Source: a virus
Lineage: Duplodnaviria; Caudoviricetes
IMG/VR virus record: IMGVR_UViG_3300011335_000415
Span: 1-26,081 of that record
Length of the DNA: 26,081 nt
Direction: 5' to 3' (one strand)
Within the stretch, counting starts at the first letter, position 1. Every line of letters starts with the position of its first letter. Below, piece after piece: positions 24,954 to 26,081 of the stretch. Both the position numbers and the translations under genes were made by a program. Below the pieces are notes generated by a model. It searched no databases, was not told the origin of the DNA, and saw only the letters and a list, made by a program, of their open reading frames with translations.

Positions 24954-25553
24954 TTATGAACAAATTGATTTTGAAAATTCAGCAAATTCTGCTCTAGCAT
25001 CTTTTTTATCAGTTGCAAAAGCATTACTTGTTTTTACACTAGCATCTGCATTAGCTTGAGGTGCTTCTACAAGCATCTTGCTGATCTGCATTAAGCCTTC
25101 TATAACTTTGTTAGCTTGAGTAAGCTTGCCTTCGTACTGAGCAAATTTCTCTTCGTACGCTGCAAATTTCTCATTAGTAGCTGATTCAAAAGCAGCAAAT
25201 TTTGCGCTCATATCTTCTACTACTGGTGTCTCTGTTTCTACTTCAGTCTCAGTAGCTGCTGGCTTAATCTCCGTGATTGCGCCATTATCACCTACTACGA
25301 TTACAGATCCATCTTCTAACATATGCTCTCCTACTGGAGCTGGAGCGCCAGCGATAGTAACTATACCACCTACTGCTAACTCAGTTACTTCTACGATAGT
25401 ACCATCCTTTAACTTAGCCTCCATCATTTTTACTGGAGCTGCTTCTGGTGTACCAGAAACTTCTGGCATGGTTTCAGCAAAAGTCTCTTCGCCCTTTACC
25501 AATTCGCTAAAGAATTGTTGTACTTGGCTTAAAATTGTTTGTGCATCTTTCAT
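24954..25553 (-). CDS. Scaffold-like head protein
   Basis: Acidic, APAPVGEHMLEDGSVIVV motif and a coiled-coil C-terminal half; lies between protease and capsid. Confidence 0.6.
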   Translation of the reverse strand: MKDAQTILSQVQQFFSELVKGEETFAETMPEVSGTPEAAPVKMMEAKLKDGTIVEVTELAVGGIVTIAGAPAPVGEHMLEDGSVIVVGDNGAITEIKPAATETEVETETPVVEDMSAKFAAFESATNEKFAAYEEKFAQYEGKLTQANKVIEGLMQISKMLVEAPQANADASVKTSNAFATDKKDARAEFAEFSKSICS

Positions 25554-25574
25554 ATTGAATATATATTAAATTGT

Positions 25575-26081
25575 TTATAAAGGTACTTTTAGTAATAATG
25601 CTAGCTCCTCTAGCTTTTGCTCAGCGTATGATTTCTCTCTATTATCTGGTAGAGCATAATCAAAAAATCCTTCCACGCTAAAGCCTTTTACTTTGCCATC
25701 TTTGATTAATTGCCATGCTTGAGGATTCTCTACATAGAATGAGCCAAACCAGCTACCATCCTTAGCATCTTCAAATCCCTCCATAGGTAGAATGCCTCTG
25801 GATCTATCTACTATAAAACTCTCAAACATCACCAGGCCATCTAATTGCATGTTACTATCATGCATCAAGTTTACATTTTGCTGATAGCCTTTTTTAGCAA
25901 ACTTGATAGATATATCCTTAATTGTCTCTGGCTTAAAGATCACATAATGCTCACCAAATTTGCTATTATTTCTATATATAGGCTCATCTGCTAACATTAT
26001 AGGTCCAGATATAATATGCTTATCTTCATCCTGGATAGCAAAAGCAGCTTTTTCTGTAGGTGCAAAATGCTGCTCCCAGAT
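25575..26081 (-). CDS. Prohead serine protease, XkdF-like (5'-partial)
   Basis: Frame open to the window end (IWEQHF...KHIISGPIMLADEPIYR); VNLMH, ESFI, GSWF and GKVKGFSVEG motifs. Confidence 0.85.
   Translation of the reverse strand: MWEQHFAPTEKAAFAIQDEDKHIISGPIMLADEPIYRNNSKFGEHYVIFKPETIKDISIKFAKKGYQQNVNLMHDSNMQLDGLVMFESFIVDRSRGILPMEGFEDAKDGSWFGSFYVENPQAWQLIKDGKVKGFSVEGFFDYALPDNREKSYAEQKLEELALLLKVPL

Noticed and set aside
1136-25569. Opposite-strand ORFs in the track (1136, 1874, 4132, 6273, 9793, 10202, 12949, 13136, 14306, 15448, 19713, 20472, 21216, 22855, 23019, 25273)
   Set aside because: Each is an antisense shadow of a better-supported gene and has no recognisable motif.

Overview
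This window is most of the genome of a small tailed dsDNA phage (Caudoviricetes). TAnnTTTG promoters and SD-less A-rich starts point to a Bacteroidota host. Left arm (minus strand): a partial probable small terminase, two glycosyltransferases with a hexapeptide acyltransferase, small conserved genes, a ~2 kb accessory region, an ECF-like sigma factor, an iteron-rich putative origin, a Prim-Pol/helicase and a VRR-NUC nuclease. A divergent promoter at ~9.04-9.10 kb starts a plus-strand replication/recombination block: SSB-like protein, PD-(D/E)XK exonuclease, RNase H-fold exonuclease, DUF3310, SF2 helicase and a DnaA-C-like HTH protein. The right arm (minus strand) holds lysis and morphogenesis genes: M15 endolysin, spanin, holins, an S74-chaperone tail fibre, neck proteins, portal, tail/decoration protein, capsid, scaffold and prohead protease. 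The most unusual feature is 3062-5019, an array of mini-gene and RNA cassettes joined by a repeated 21-bp junction, AACCAAAACAAATAACCTATG (reads NQNK-stop-3 nt-ATG). The array contains mosaic paralogues, broken genes, an HNH nuclease, a tRNA-like element and a predicted pseudoknot RNA. It looks like an integrase-free cassette-shuffling locus. All product calls come from motif recognition by eye; no database searches were run.
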